64,000 bases of DNA from Chrysomallon squamiferum (lineage: Eukaryota > Animalia > Mollusca). The DNA is taken from NCBI GenBank assembly GCA_012295275.1, contig CM022673.1:16864001-16928000 (forward strand), in the 5' to 3' direction. Positions 38,100 through 53,405 of the stretch are shown piece by piece. Both the position numbers and the translations under genes were made by a program. How positions within the stretch are numbered: position 1 is the first letter of the stretch; each line of letters opens with the position of its first letter. The notes beneath the pieces are model-generated. The model had not been told where the DNA came from. It searched no databases and saw only the letters and a program-made list of their open reading frames with translations.

Positions 38100-40745
38100 T
38101 GAGAGTACACAATAATTAGATATTATTATTATTTAAACTCTGTTCTATGTTTAAAACACATAATAATCTTTTCCATTATTATAAATCCTATTTGACAATA
38201 TTTAATTTATATAAAGATTACACAGACTTAAAATGAGCAGAAAATCAGTTTAATGACTTATAAAAATTAATCTGAAAACAGTAATAAACAACTTGATGAA
38301 GTTTACATTTAAATGGTAATTATGATAATTATTAAGTTGTGCTGATATCAAAATTAATTATTCAAAGACTCATTTCATGGGCAAGACTATAAGTGATAAC
38401 TTTCTATAAACAGACTTCATCCAAATTAAAGTAGTTTTATAATATGCTGGGGATAAATGTTATTCAAAAAAGCAGTAACAGGTTTTAAATGATAATGTGC
38501 TTGAAGAAAATCCTTTGTACAGAATTATAAATAATAATTTTATAACATATCATATCTAAGTTATGGACAGAAAAAGTGAATAACTTTCATACTTGGAGAT
38601 ACTTGGAGGTTTAAGTACATATAAGATGGACAACTGATAATCTGTGATCTGGTAGTTTAGAAAGGGAAAAACAATATGATTAATGGCTTAAGGGCATATA
38701 ATGTGGACAATAGTAAATAACACCGTATATAAGTCAAAAAAGAGAAAAGTTATAATATGATTAATGGTTGATGGACCACATATAATTAACAGCTGTAACT
38801 CTTTTGTAACATATGATAATATAAGTATGGAATGAAAGCTTAATGGTCAAATAACAAGGACAGCTATAAAGAATGGTTTTAAACTGATCTTAAATTTACA
38901 AATACTTAAGTGATATGGTGATTATGGTTCAAATACAAGTAACATGGAGAATTATAAGGAATAATTTTAAACAGATCTTAAGTTTAGAAAGATTTAAGTT
39001 GTTCATTCATTTTTTCAAATACATGGACAGTTATAACATTAACTGTAAAACAGACTGCACATGCTTAGAAAGTGTGCAAGTATGCCTGACATGCACAACA
39101 ACAGACTGTATACAGTTTTAGAAAGAGAAAAGTAAATTATCTGGATTAAACAATAATGTGTTGACAGCTTCAAGCACATCCATGTTGGGTAAAAGTGAAT
39201 GTAACATCTCTATCTGAGATCTTATCCGCATTTATGACAGAAATGAAAAAGATAACATAACATTATGCAATGAAAAACAAAGATAAATCTTGTTTGAAGA
39301 TCTCATGTCAACTGCTCCTGTCCTCTGAACAATACAGCGGAGCACTTACTCTACACAGCCTGGGGCCAGTTAGGATGTTTACCCTTAAAAAACCCTCAAA
39401 ACAAACCTCACTGAAAGATTGCACTGTATCAATGCCATCTCCTCTGACAAGTATTTACTGCCAATTACAGACAAAAGGAAACAGATACAGTTCATCAGTG
39501 GGCCACACAAGCATGTAATAACAGGATTTTTATCCCTGCCTGCACAATAAGTTACACACATTACTGACCACTCTGATGAAAGGTACAAAATGTATAACAC
39601 AGTGTGCTGTATGTTATTTGAAAGGTATGTCACTTTAAAAGGTAATTGTGCAGATTATTGAATTATGATGCTGCTTCAGGTACATAAAATTATACATGGG
39701 TCAGAAGAAACACTGAGAAGATAGATTTTGACATTGTGTGTATTAGCAGCACAGAATTTGGTGATGAATATTTCAGTTAACATCTGTGACAAACCCCCCT
39801 CTGTGTGGTGATGAAATTATTCAGCATGGTCTGCACCCAAATGTAAATTCACAAGCCTTAGTAATATTAAGTTTTGCAATGTTAAGTAGTCCCCAGTGAA
39901 GGATCCTACGATCAGGGCTGGATCTGATCCAACTTGGATATAAAGTTGAAGAATACATTTCAACACACTGCCTTAGACTATCTCTTCTTTTCTAAATTCA
40001 TTACAAATACATTATCCCAGTTTCCTAATTACCTGGTCAATACAGGTGTGTCTCAACTATAACTTCAAGTTAGCCAGAAAATCAGTAATGAGATAAGATA
40101 TATCATCTGAATTTAAAAAAAAAAAAAAAGAATCACCTGTTACACTTATTTACATGTGCACGTGGTCAGTGACAGCTACTTAAAAATGAAACTAATGAAA
40201 TGACCCGCGAGCAAGTCTAGACATAAAATTCTTGTGTACCTGTCAGTGGTAACATTAAATGAGGGAGGAGACTGAATTTCAGTGATAAATTGTTGTCTTG
40301 AGAAGCTGGTATGTGCGTTACTGGTCATTTCTTGACGTGGATATCCTATTCTGCCAGCTACACCAATACTCAACCCAAAAAGACATTGTCTCACAGAATA
40401 GTTATTACTGATATTAAAATTTCCACCACTCAACTGCTTTTCTGATTAGCTTCTCTCTGTAAATGATGCTAACATGTCAGTGAAAGGGTTAAATGTATGA
40501 CTATTTCTGTATGTCACCACTTGTGTCTTATTCTTTAACTGTTTGTATGGTTGATAAAAAAAATAACTGATTTATTTATTACTAATTTATTTATACATGC
40601 CTTCAGTCATATGTTTAAATATAATTACATGTATAAAAATATTTTTTTGTTTCAAATTTTTATTAATTATTAAATTATTTATACACTTTCTTTCTTTCAT
40701 TTACCTATTCCTTTTATTTAGCTGTTTGTTTGTTCATTTAAAATG

Positions 40746-40783
<38 letters not shown>

Positions 40784-41460
40784 TACAATAGAGAAATGAA
40801 TTAATAAGTAAATAGTGGTTAAATTCATGAATTAAAAATGCTCTGTTACCATAGTAACATACTATGTTTCATGTAACATGTGTTTAAGTGACTGGACAGT
40901 ACCAGTGTACTTAAGAATATTCTGTGATGTGTAATTCAGTGAAAGAGTTAAACATATGTTTAATTCAGTATTCATTAAGCACTGAATATCTGATTGTTCC
41001 TGGAACATAAAACTTGAATAACTCAAACAATTCAAATTGGAAATTTAAAACTTCAGTAATAACATTTTTTTTTACACAGTAATATGTATAGAGCCCAGCA
41101 TTGTGTAAATTTCTTCTTCTTTTTTTCTTCTCTTTTTAAAATTTAACATTTCATTTTATGGTTAAACTTGTACTAACAAGAATGGTGATTCCCCCTTTTC
41201 TGAAATTCTGATCTGTAAACTATTATATTAATAACTGACTGTTGTTGGAGATAATACCATCATATCTAGAAAGGGAGATAACTATAAAATATAATTTAGC
41301 ATAAATCAAAGGTGAAATCGAAATTATTTTCATCATCATAAAATCATAATGTTGTGAAACGAAGTAATTCAAGATTAAAAAACTGAAAATGTATTTATGG
41401 GAGTCTCTCTCTTTCTCTTTCTTTCTCTCTGAGTATGTGTGTGCACATACACATACATAG

Positions 41461-41523
<63 letters not shown>

Positions 41524-42027
41524 AACACAACTAATTAATAAATGTTCACTAGATCTTATTAAGGAATAAAATAGCTGCCTATAATTAAATTCTCAGCCTT
41601 TCTTTTCAGTCGGAATCAGACTACTAGTCATAAACCCATGGATACAAAGGTATTACAAATTTTGTACAGCAATACTGCACAAAATAAATAAATAAATAAA
41701 TAAATAAATACATTTTTTAAAAAGAGAACAGGTTTTTAATAAAAGAGAGAAAGAAAAATTAAAAAAAGAAAAGAAAAAGATGAAAAAGTAAAAAAAAAAA
41801 TTTAGATGTTGTTATTTATTTAAAAATGACATTGCACCAAAATCCTTGTTCATGTGACAGTTAAGAATCTACTTTTAAAGAAATTATTTTATTGAAAAAA
41901 GTAATAATATTTATATTACTTGTCATAAGAAATTAAAAAAATAAATATGATTGAAAACAGCTATCAGACTTTTTGTTATTTAAAATTTGTATAAGCAAAC
42001 ATTTTACATTTGGTTATAAAAAGGAAA

Positions 42028-42088
<61 letters not shown>

Positions 42089-43784
42089 GAAAGTGCTAAA
42101 TGGAACCTGAAGAAAAATAAGTTGTTGTTGCTGTAATTGTAACTGTAGTTGGTGTGGTGACAACACCAACAGAAGAAGCAGTTAGTCATATCATTCCAGC
42201 AGTCTGGCTCTGGCTCTTGGAGAACTGTGATGAAGGGACTGACAAAATGTCTACCACATGTGCAGAGAAGAAACCGGGAACTCAGTGTTGTGCAGGATGT
42301 GCCTATTGTTTGGCAAGCATTGTTCAACTCAACACTTGCACATGAAGTATTACCACCTAGTGCACATTCACTTCAGCACTGCGTCATTTTGAAACTGAAA
42401 ATACTTGCTAATACTCTACTCACGAGAGGCAAAGAATGATACAAAAATGCAGATAACGTTAAAACATCTTTTGTAAAAATAAAAAAAGTAATAATAATAA
42501 TAAAAAAAAAAATCTTATATTTTCATACTTTTGTGATGGGCATGATGTGTCAACATGGAGATGAATGGTTGATAGACACTTGTTTATAAAGAATCTTTCT
42601 TGAGCAGAAGATTTCTTAGTGGTGATGTTACAGTTGGTTAATACATCTTTTATACAACCGGGTTATCCAAGGTCAGCCTGAATTATGCACTGGTCACGGA
42701 ACACTGAACATAAAAGAGCTCCTGCTATGGCTCACAGAACAGACACATAGCCCTTGCTTTGTGCTTTAACTGTCAGTTGTCAGAGATCAAGTTGCAGTAT
42801 CTCTTCCCTGTACTTTTAGTTTATTATAATTAAAAGAACACATTAAATAGCTCTTGAATTTTGAAGTCAGAAAAAAATAAAATAATAATAATAATAATTA
42901 TAACAAATGAAAAAAAGAATCCCATATCTGAGCAGGAATTTTGACAACTCAGCTCTTTTCTTACTGTCAAAGGTGTCACACAACTGTGAGTCTGTTGTGT
43001 GTGAGATATTGGAGATATTAACCCTTCTCTAGCGAGTTATTAAAAGTATCAGCTCTTCCATTATAAGATACAAAAAGTATTATTAAACCTTAACTTTCCT
43101 AGAATTTATTCTTATTTTAAGAATAATATAGATTGTGGCTTTCAGTATTGTTACAAGTTTTAACTCTTCTACAGTGTATTATTTAAAATATGAACTGTTC
43201 TGAAATCAGATAAAAAGTCATATTAAACGTTTCTTAACCAGAGAAGATTTAATGATATTTTATATTTTGTGTTATTAATTATTAAACATATTAAGATAGA
43301 TGATTTAAACTGTTCCACAATGAGTTAGAAAAGATTGTAATAAAATATTAACTGAGCAATGAACTCTCCTTTGAAGAAGTATGAAAAACATCATTACATG
43401 TAAAACCATCCAGTGAATAATTTAACAATAAGGGGGGAAAAAAAATCACCATTTTTTTTTTGGTATGCTTTTAATTTTAGACCTTAACCTTGAGATATAT
43501 TTACCTGCATATACCTTGACAATGCTTTTTTATTGAATTGTTTAGGTCATCTGTTAATAAAGATACTGTTGTTTTTAGGTGGCTTTAATGTTTAGAATGC
43601 AAAGTATATAATTATACAAGTATTTATACTACTGAATGTTTGTGCATCAGAAAATAATAATAATAATAATAATAATGAGAAGAAGAAGATAAAAACTAAA
43701 TTCTATTATTTTTTAATTTATTTCTTAATTTAAAAAAAGAAAATTCTATTATTTTTATTTATTATTATTTAAAAAAAAGAAAAA

Positions 43785-43842
<58 letters not shown>

Positions 43843-44434
43843 AAATTTTATATTTTGTCTTACAAAATAACATGAGTTTAATATGTAGGAAACAGTTTTT
43901 GCCCCAAAGACCATGTAGTGTAGGAAACAGATGCAGAGCTGAATGTGTGCAATAAAACATCACGTTTAAAGGCCTCTATTCATCATGGTTTAGGGGATAA
44001 CAATAATGTCTGAACAGTTCAGTGACAAAAGGCTTCTTGCACATCCCACGAGGGTGGCTTTGAAAATTGTTATTTACAACTTGGCCACAACACCAGTAAT
44101 GTTTTTCTTTTCTTTTCTATTTTTCTTTTTCTGAAGCTTCACTGAAGCACCATTCACCTTGTAAAAACTTTTCACTTAGCTTCATAATGGACAACATTGG
44201 ATATCAAGATGGTTTTATTGTGCAGCCATCAACTCCCCAATAATAGACTGGCTGAACCCTGGGTGAGGTCAGATGAAAGCATCTGAAGTGGTCAATACCT
44301 TGTGATACAAAGTCTAACAAAGTATTACAGAGACTAACAAAATGATACAAAGTTTAAATAAAGAAATACAAAGTCTAACAAAGTCTAACAAAGTGACACA
44401 CAATGCATCAAAGTGTCTAATCTCTTTTTGTGTC

Positions 44435-44640
44435 TAGGAATAAATACTTTAATGAATGTCTGATAACACCTGAACACTTTTAATATTAATGGTTATTACA
44501 TGATCATGTTCCAAGAGAAGAAACTTGCTTCTGTCACTTTTATGGACTTGTTCAGCACAAAGGAATATTTTACATGCCATTGTCTTTGGTAACTTGGTTC
44601 TTATGTACTGAATGAAATGGAGAAATGGTCGAAAGGATGC
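44435..44640 (-). mobile_element. Degenerate SINE-like copy (3' part), same family as 24610-24900
   Basis: ttttaatattaatggttatt and gagaagaaacttgc match the reverse complement of the 24.8-kb element. Confidence 0.55.
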
Positions 44641-47600
44641 ACTAATGAATAGTTCTTCATGTTTACTGATATTAAGACTACATCAGTGTCAGTGTTTCAC
44701 ATACGCTGATATTAAACCTGTAAGATCACTGATTCATACACACTAATGTATTATTGCAACAAGGTCAACATTTAATGCTTTCTCGAGAAATTCTTCTTAA
44801 GAATATGTCACTGAAAATGGGAAATAATAAATATGACAGGGTTTGTAACATATATCAGTTTTGTCATTTTAAAAAGACTGATATAGATCATACATTAAAA
44901 TCCACTCACATTAAAGTGTAAAAACAATAAGAAAAAGTACTTATTTCATTACTACTGCTGCTACCACTACTTACTACTACTACTACTACAGCTTTTACTA
45001 TTAACATTATTACTATCTTCAGATATAGCTGTAGCAGTAGTACTAATAAATAAAAGTAGTAATATAGTAGTTGTAGTGGTAGTAGTAGTATCAGCAGTTG
45101 CAACAATAGTAGTTGTAGTTGCCACAGTGTAAATAGTAGTAGTACTAGATAATGGAGAAGTAATAATAATAATAATAATATGGTAGTAGCAGTAATATTA
45201 CTATTACCTGTAGAACAGTTGTATAAAAACAAACAAATGATCTGGCTATTAAAATCAGTGACTGTGTGAACCAACCCACTGGACATTAATACTATTCTGG
45301 CCATAAAGACCAGCTGACCAGTACATTCATTCTAGAGGTTAAAAAAGACTTTGTGTATAAAAACCAAGTGAACATTCCTATCACAACAATTAACCCAGTT
45401 TGCATGTACATCAAACTATCTGATAACATACACCTATCTTTTAATATATGAAATGGTGGAGAAAGAAGCAAACATTATTTAATAGTGAAGACTTTGAAGC
45501 AGACTTGTTTTATTGGAGAAGTGGAAAGCAAACACTGTTGTCTTGTCTGATCATAAATTATATATTTCAAACTTATTTAATTTGAGGGGTCTGGATAGAA
45601 ATAATAATTTTAAAAAAAACTAACTAAAAAAACGACTTTGTGTATGTATTTTACTGTAGGAAATGACATAGAGGGTATGAATGACAAATAAAACAAATGT
45701 GTGTGTGTGTGTGTGTATGTACTTAGTATGTATGTATTACTGGGGTAAAACAAACACTGTTGTTTAATATTTCATAGCCATTTTATTATGGGGGGGTGGA
45801 AAATAAAGCAAACAGTGTCATTTTAAAACTATTTGTTATAGGTGTACTGTTAGATATAAAACCAACATTGTTGTTTTATCAGGGATGTTTTAAAGTTGAC
45901 TGTTTTACTGGCAAGCTGAGTGTCTGAAAGAGCTGTTATCTGTGTGTGCAGACAGAGAAATGATCAAGTTGGAGACTAATACAAACAACATCTTCCACAA
46001 GTGTGTTAGACATCAGTGCTTTGGACTACAGGGCCTCATTATACCTACACACATTTCAAAATGGAAGATCAAGCCAGAGATAACATTTAATAAATCGTGA
46101 AACACAAAGGCAGACTTGTTTTAATTTGATAATGTCAGAATATTTAGTGTCAATGAGTGGAATTTGGAGAACAAACAAGAAAGAAAAGAAAATGAAAAAA
46201 TATATGTAAAAAAAAAAAAAAGGTAATGTAAGAAAGAAATAAAAGAAAATAATATTAATAATAAAAAGCAATATGTTTTTAAAAATATTTTGGCTTATAA
46301 ACAAACATACAATTATACAAATCTAGTAAGAAATAAAAAAAGAAGAAGTGAAAAAAACCCAAAAAAACTCAACAACTGAAGTTTAAAAAAAAAAAAGAGT
46401 TAAATCTTATGCCAATAAAAACCATTGATTAAAATATATATTAAAGAAAAAAAAAGTCATATTACTGGTAGCCTGGTATTATTAGTAAAGAGTTAACTGC
46501 TTGTAAATCGACTACATGACATACAATGTAATCAAAAGGAAAATTTATTATTATGTATAACTTAGAGGTATGTGATAATTTTTATATGTTAATAAAATTC
46601 ATGCTTTTACATAGCATACCTGCTGCAACATGTTGTTTTATTTGCATAGAAATTGAGTAGACAAGCATACTATTTTAATATTTTAAAGGAAAAACATGAT
46701 ATGCTAAAATAAAAAATAAAATAAATAAACCAGAATATACTGTGAAAAAAAAATTATGTAGCTGCATTTTGTGCAAAAAAGAAAAGAAAAAAAGAAACAG
46801 AATTTCCTTTTAGTTTAATTCTTTGTAATACTGGTATCAGTTTTCTGTTGTAAATTTACCACTGCCTTATAGCATAGCTTGTCTTTCCTTCTTGAAAAGC
46901 CAGATATTAAATATCTAAATTTCATAATACTTCTAAAAATAGGAAAAGCAATTATTTCAGTCTAAGGATTTTATTAACAATGTAGTATTATCAATCACTA
47001 ATATTAACTATGTTATATTACCTAGGTAAAAATTACTGATATTAACCATTTTATATTGCTGCGGTAAAAATTACTGATATTAACCTTGTTATATTAGCCA
47101 GATAAAAATCATCTACATTCATAACCACAGCAAAAATGATTGTATTTACCATGTTTCAGTTTTAGCTCTCTTTTTTCCCTTTTTTGTACCTTGGTATGAC
47201 TTAATATTAATCATATCATATAAAAACTGGGTAAAGGTTATTGCTGTTGAACATGTTAGATTACCCAGGTAAAAACATCTGATATAAAACAGAAGAAGAT
47301 CATGTACAGCAGATAGGTGATAGGAGTACAGTTTAAACATTAAACAAGTCTACCTTATTAACAAGATAAAAATTATCAACATTAAAACATAGTTATTATT
47401 ATTACATCAGGTATGTAAAAAAAAATCACTGATATTAAACATGAGGAGATCATATATAGCAGATATGTAATGGAACCAGAGTTTATACATTAAACACATT
47501 ATATTAACAGGGTAAAAAAAAAAAGTTTCTAGCAGATTAGAAGCAAAGTGAGATAAAAAGAGACTCACAAGTGTTGAGATTCTGACAAGTTTCTGTGAGT

Positions 47601-47874
47601 TACTGCAGACACCTAGGATGTATCTCAACTATGAGTTATCTCCCACTCAGAGCTCTCCACTCTAATCTGATAGACAGCAATGTTTAGGATACACATAAAA
47701 TATGAGTTTGATGAATTCCTATCCTTCGCCCTTAGTGAAGCTGTCACAGTAGGTAATGTGGAAGAAAATAATGTGCCACAAAACAGAAAATAAATGTTTT
47801 GCTTCCGGCCATTACATCTCTGATTTAATGAATCTTTAAAATGATAAGTGTAGTAATACAGATATCAAATAGCA

Positions 47875-48060
47875 GCGAGTAACATATCAACATATTAAAC
47901 AGTAACATAACATCTGTGTATTAAATAGTAACATATCAATGTACTAAATAGTAACATATCATCTATGTATTAAATAATAACATATCATCAGTGTACTAAA
48001 TAGTAACATATCAATGAACTAAATAGTAACATATCATGTATTAGATAGTAACATATCAAC
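47875..48060. repeat. Degenerate ~25-29-bp tandem repeat
   Basis: Core taaatagtaacatatca repeated ~7 times. Confidence 0.8.
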
Positions 48061-48639
48061 TATATATAAAACTGCAGCCTATCAACAAAGTATTAAATAT
48101 TTACATGTCATCAACATGTTAGAGTAACCAAGCACGTTGAATAATTACATATTAATATGTTACATTGTTGTATATTACCACATTAAATATTAAAAAGCTT
48201 AATAACACCATCTAAAGTTATTTGTCAATATGTATCAACGTCACTGTTACCGTGTTAAAAATATATACAAAAATAATACTAATTAAAATTAAATGAAGGC
48301 AGCAAAACTTAATAACAATTATCTCAAAAACATTCATATACAGTGCCAAAATTCAGCCATAAATAATTCAGACTTAATGCCATATACATTACATCATGAT
48401 GATAAGATAGATAGCCAGTATAGTATGTGCTTGTAATAAAACCGGTATATTGGTATTTGCAATAAATCCAGTGTTTTGTATTAAAAGGATCTGCTGTGTT
48501 ATTAAGCATGTTCCATCCCTTAAACTGCTAACACTTTATATCACATTTCTGTTTTTAAATTATTAGTATTATTCAAATCATTTAAAACATTTTGTTTTAT
48601 TAGATTCTTTTTATTACTTTAATATTATTACTAAATTAC

Positions 48640-48679
<40 letters not shown>

Positions 48680-50459
48680 GATTATGCAGAACTGCCTGCT
48701 GCTAAATGTTTTATGCCTTATTTATGTCTTTTTAATGTGTTTAAAATTCACATTTTGATATGAATATCCATCAAGGTGAAAATAATTTTATTATTTAACC
48801 ATAATAGCTTTTCTGATGTTATGTGTACATAAACCGTGATTTTTTATTTTATTGTTATTATTTTTAATGGAGCAGTCTGGGTTTTTTGTTTGTTTGTGTG
48901 TGTGTGGGGGGTTTTGTAGGTTTTCTTTCTTTTTTATTTTTTCCTTGTTTTGTGGGGTTTGTGTATGTGAGTGTTTTATTCTTATGCTTTTTGGTGTTCG
49001 TTTTTTTTTAATGTTTTGGTAGAAAACAATAAAATCTAGTAACAGAGTACCAAAGCTTGTTTATGGCAATAAATGTTATCATATGTCATGAAAAGTCAAA
49101 TACTTCCAAAACAATTCCCATCAACGAGGCCAGCGACAATCTCCAGTGCATGGTTACCATGTTAACAACTCTTTAAAAAGTCTCAATCTACTTTTAATTG
49201 CATGTTATCCTGCATTTATGACATGAGACTATTTTTAGTGGGTTGTAGTCGGCAGCATTCCACCATCCACTGGTAGAGACCATGGTGACCTGCCTAACAA
49301 CCGCAGCATTCGTTTTACCTTCAGCACAGAAGAGTTCCACCACCTTCTAGTTGCCTAGAGAGTTATCCTATCCTCTCCCTTCTCTCTCTCTCATCAAACA
49401 CAAGTGTATTTTGGGGGTGAAAACAAAATGAACCCAGAACTGCTGAAGTATAAGAGTCCAGCTTAATATATAATATCAACACCAACCTGACCTTTCTATT
49501 TTGTTTTAAAACTATCATAAAAAAAATACAATTTTTTTTTTAACCTCCATCATAGGAGAAATATATATATATAATAAATAAATAAATATTATTTTTAAAA
49601 ATGTTCATAAAAGGAGAATATTGTTTTTCATCTCCATCCTAAGAACGTACATTCATGTAGAGCAGCCCAACATGCACCAGGACAGGAACCCAGTCACATT
49701 CCCCCATCACCCCTGGAACTGCCATGTGACTGTAATATGTTTTAAAGAAATGTTACTGGTCTCACAGTTGGTTCTGATAAGGCACATGTGAGTTCTATCA
49801 TAAACTCTACATTACTGAATTAAAATTTAATTAACTAAATTGTATTCTGTCATAACTCCAATAATAAAACTGAAAAAAAAGGAGAAGAAGAAAAAAAGGT
49901 AATGAATCCCTTGCTTCCAGCAGATGAAGGTGAAAAATATGTTTGGTATGTGAAGAAGTGATAAATCAAATTTACTTTACAGAAATTATTCTATGGCCAT
50001 ATTTTCAATCTGGCTGAAAAGGACAATGCCCTATCATTTTATTTTTATTTATTTATACCATGAGTTGCATCTGGCAAGCCATGAAATGAATGCAAAAGTT
50101 AAAAATATAACACGTATGGGTGTGATTTACAAATGCATAAAATAAAATTACAGGTACTCACTTAGTTGTTGGTACAATGTAACTATTGATCTACATGCTG
50201 GTAATAAAACAAGCAATTCATTTTAACAAAAAAAGGAAGAAAAAAAAGAAGAGATTTTACTACTATTATTATTATTTATTTATTTATTTATTATGTTTCA
50301 GAAACTTTTAATTAATTATATCATATACATGTAACAACAACAATAGCTATTATTTTTATTATTTAAAAATATTATTTACACACATATTCATGCAGGGAAT
50401 ATGTTAATAATTATAATATGAATAACAATACATGAACAAGTTTTCCTGGTGAAACACTC

Positions 50460-50610
50460 CTATCATTTGTATAACAAAGCACTCATGCTGATGTCATTAG
50501 TGTAATAAAGTACTCATGATGATGTCATTTGTATAATAAAGTCACTTGTGATGATGTCATTTGTAAAACAAAGTACTCACGATGATGATGTGATTATTAT
50601 AACAAAGTAG
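50460..50610. repeat. Degenerate ~31-bp tandem repeat, ~5 copies
   Basis: Repeated gatgtcatttgtataataaagtactcatgat-like unit. Confidence 0.8.
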
Positions 50611-51057
50611 TATTAGTGCAGCATGTTATACTCACAGCGAAGGAGATTTACTGGGTTAAGATAACAAAGTTTTCAGTCAGCAGCAAGTGGTTGTCCCAGC
50701 ATCATCACCAGCCACTATTACACTTTCCTACAGGACCAAGTGGCAGTGAAATAAATGTGTATGAGTCAGAAATCTCGACTATATCAAATTTGACATTTAG
50801 CCACAAATTGCTCCAATTTGCCTGCGATTCAAGTCTGCTGCCACTGAATGTGGAATGCTGTTTCCTGTACACATGGAAGAAAACAATACAACCAGGAAAA
50901 GATCCTGTCAATATTGAGAGTCGTGCTTTGGGAGTTGGCGACCAGAACTTTAATACAGATTTATTCCATATGTGCAGAAAATACTCCCCCCACTTTCTTT
51001 TGGTTAAAAAAAAAAAAAATAAAAATAAAAAATAAGTGGATCTAAATATAGCATACA

Positions 51058-51147
51058 TTGACATGTTCTACATTCTGTAACCATAGCAATGGTTCCTACA
51101 GGTTGACATGTGTTACATTTTGTAACCATAGCAATCATTCCTACAGG
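51058..51147. repeat. ~45-bp tandem duplication
   Basis: ttgacatg..tacatt.tgtaaccatagcaat..ttcctacagg occurs twice. Confidence 0.85.
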
Positions 51148-53045
51148 CTGTTTACATATGTGTCAGGGCCAGGAATTTAATTATGAAAAATGTAATTCTC
51201 ATTTCAGAGGTTCCTGCAGTATGATGTTAGTTGTTGCAAGGGGTGGTATGTCAGTGTAGTGTGTACACAGACGTAAGAGAGTAAATTTAGACAGGTTAAT
51301 AATCACAAGTGTCCTGTAAACTCATGTAACTATTCTGTTGTTAATGCAAATCACTGCAAGATGGGTGGTGATTACAAGAAAATCATGTCACAATCAGCAT
51401 GGTTTTTTTGTTTCAGTTTATCAGAAAAAAAAGTTAAAAAAGATTTCTGGTTTCTGATTAATTATAATTCTTCCTGTTCTGAATATTTAAGAAATAATTA
51501 TTGTTCTGCATGTTTATAAAATAATGTAATATTTTAATGAATTGGTTCATTTTCTATATTACAAAACCTCTCTAGTATTTCTTTTATTTTATTAACAAAA
51601 TAAAACATTTTAAAATTATTTTTCTTGATTTTTTTTTTTTTTTTTTACTGCACTCTATCCCAGACACCAGACAAGGCAATACATACCACAGATTTATAAA
51701 CCACATGAGCAACAAGGTGCCCAGATAATGAAAATAAATTGTCCACTCTGCAGAATCAATAACTTGATTGCTGAATTGACAATGTATACATTACATTACA
51801 TTGCCATGTTACAAAAAAATAAAATAATTAAAAAAATAAAATAAAAATAAAAATGCCAATCTCTCTTTCACTCTGTTAACAAAAGGAAATTTAATGCGGC
51901 CCAGGGGCACAAAGTCAATAATAAATCAGTGGTGCATACAGAACACAAATAAAATAAAAAAGTAAAAAATCTTGTTGAGTTGACAATTAATACACCACTT
52001 TATAACTGAGTTAATTTCCTGTCTTGTATGCTGGGCTAAGTGTTCTGAACCTGTTTGTTTAGGATGAGCATGCAACCAACCATAAGAAAATGTCAGTGGC
52101 AGTCAATAGGTGGCGGTCAATGGGCAGCGGTCAGTTGAGACAGCAGTGGACAGTTTGCCAGTGAGGTTAGTTAATCGCTGTCAACATGTGTGCTGAATAA
52201 AACGAAAACTGTGGTGCGATATCACTGATAATTATCTACCTTTTGTAATATAAAGTGTAATATATCCACTTACACTTTGCATGACTTGTTTTGCACAGTG
52301 CTATCTCTAAGTGTGCATGACTTGAATAGGTGTTTCTCGTGCCGGTGTGAATGCAAGTGTGTGTTTGTGGGTTCATATCAAACACTAACGTGACACTTGT
52401 CTGACAGATTTGCCACAACACTTTTACTCTGGTTTTTGTTTTGACAAAACATTTTAAGCTGATTTAACAAATATGTGACCTACAAAACATGTATTCATGT
52501 ACATTTTAATAGACTGTTGCAAGTAATTTTAGAACACCTGTACTGATTTGTCATTTTGAAACTGTATGAATTTTAGATCATCGTACCATCAAGGTATTTA
52601 GTGAATTTTGTATTAATCTTGATACATTACAATCTGATACTTTCAGAAACTTACTTGGACTGTCCATTTATGTCAGTGTCCAGTAAATTTTTGTTTCACC
52701 CACACATGAAATCACACAGAGCATCAGTAATGAATAAAAACAAAATGTACAAACACAGATTATTTGCTTGGAAACACTGATGACAAATATAACAAGCAAT
52801 AAAAACCTTAAGTGCAATCTGATTTCGAGTTCATTTTGCTTTGATATGGAAAGCAATTATTGATAACATTTCCTTTTAATGAACAGCATCTGTGATATAA
52901 TTGCATGAAGAAGCAGCAATAGAAGGGCAGCTGTTGCCACTAGAGTCCACTAGCACAGTCTCTGATGAATATTGCTGGCAAGTGGTCACATGCTGGACTG
53001 AAAAACAACCAGTTAATGCTTTTCTCCTGTCTGACTAGATTACAC

Positions 53046-53049
53046 TGTG

Positions 53050-53135
<86 letters not shown>
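53046..53135. repeat. (GT)n microsatellite
   Basis: Near-pure dinucleotide run. Similar CA/GT runs at 24425-24467, 41461-41519, 48647-48677 and 58497-58525. Confidence 0.97.
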
Positions 53136-53137
<2 letters not shown>

Positions 53138-53405
53138 CCAGGCTTATTGTGTTTTAATGATTAAAAAGTGAACCAGTCTTGTTTTTTGAATTAGAAGTGA
53201 ACCAGGCTTGTTACATATAACACTAGAAAACTAAAAGAGTTGACCTTGTTATGTTTGAGTTATAAATGAGTTACTCATGTTACATTAGAGTACTAAAAGA
53301 GTCAGTCTTGTTTTATTTGAGTTATAAACAAGTCAGCCCTGTTACATCTGAGTGCTGAATGAGTCAGTCTTGTTACATTTGAGTTATAAATGAGTGTTAC
53401 ATTTG
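53135..53405. repeat. Degenerate ~31-bp tandem repeat following a (GT)n microsatellite
   Basis: Repeated gagtcagtcttgttacatttgagttataaat-like units. Confidence 0.7.

Noticed and set aside
44906-45304. Leu/Phe/Ile/Tyr-rich ORFs (also 4505-4687, 19536-19787, 35751-36050, 37874-38110, 41223-41528)
   Set aside because: Translations of microsatellites and poly-T tracts.
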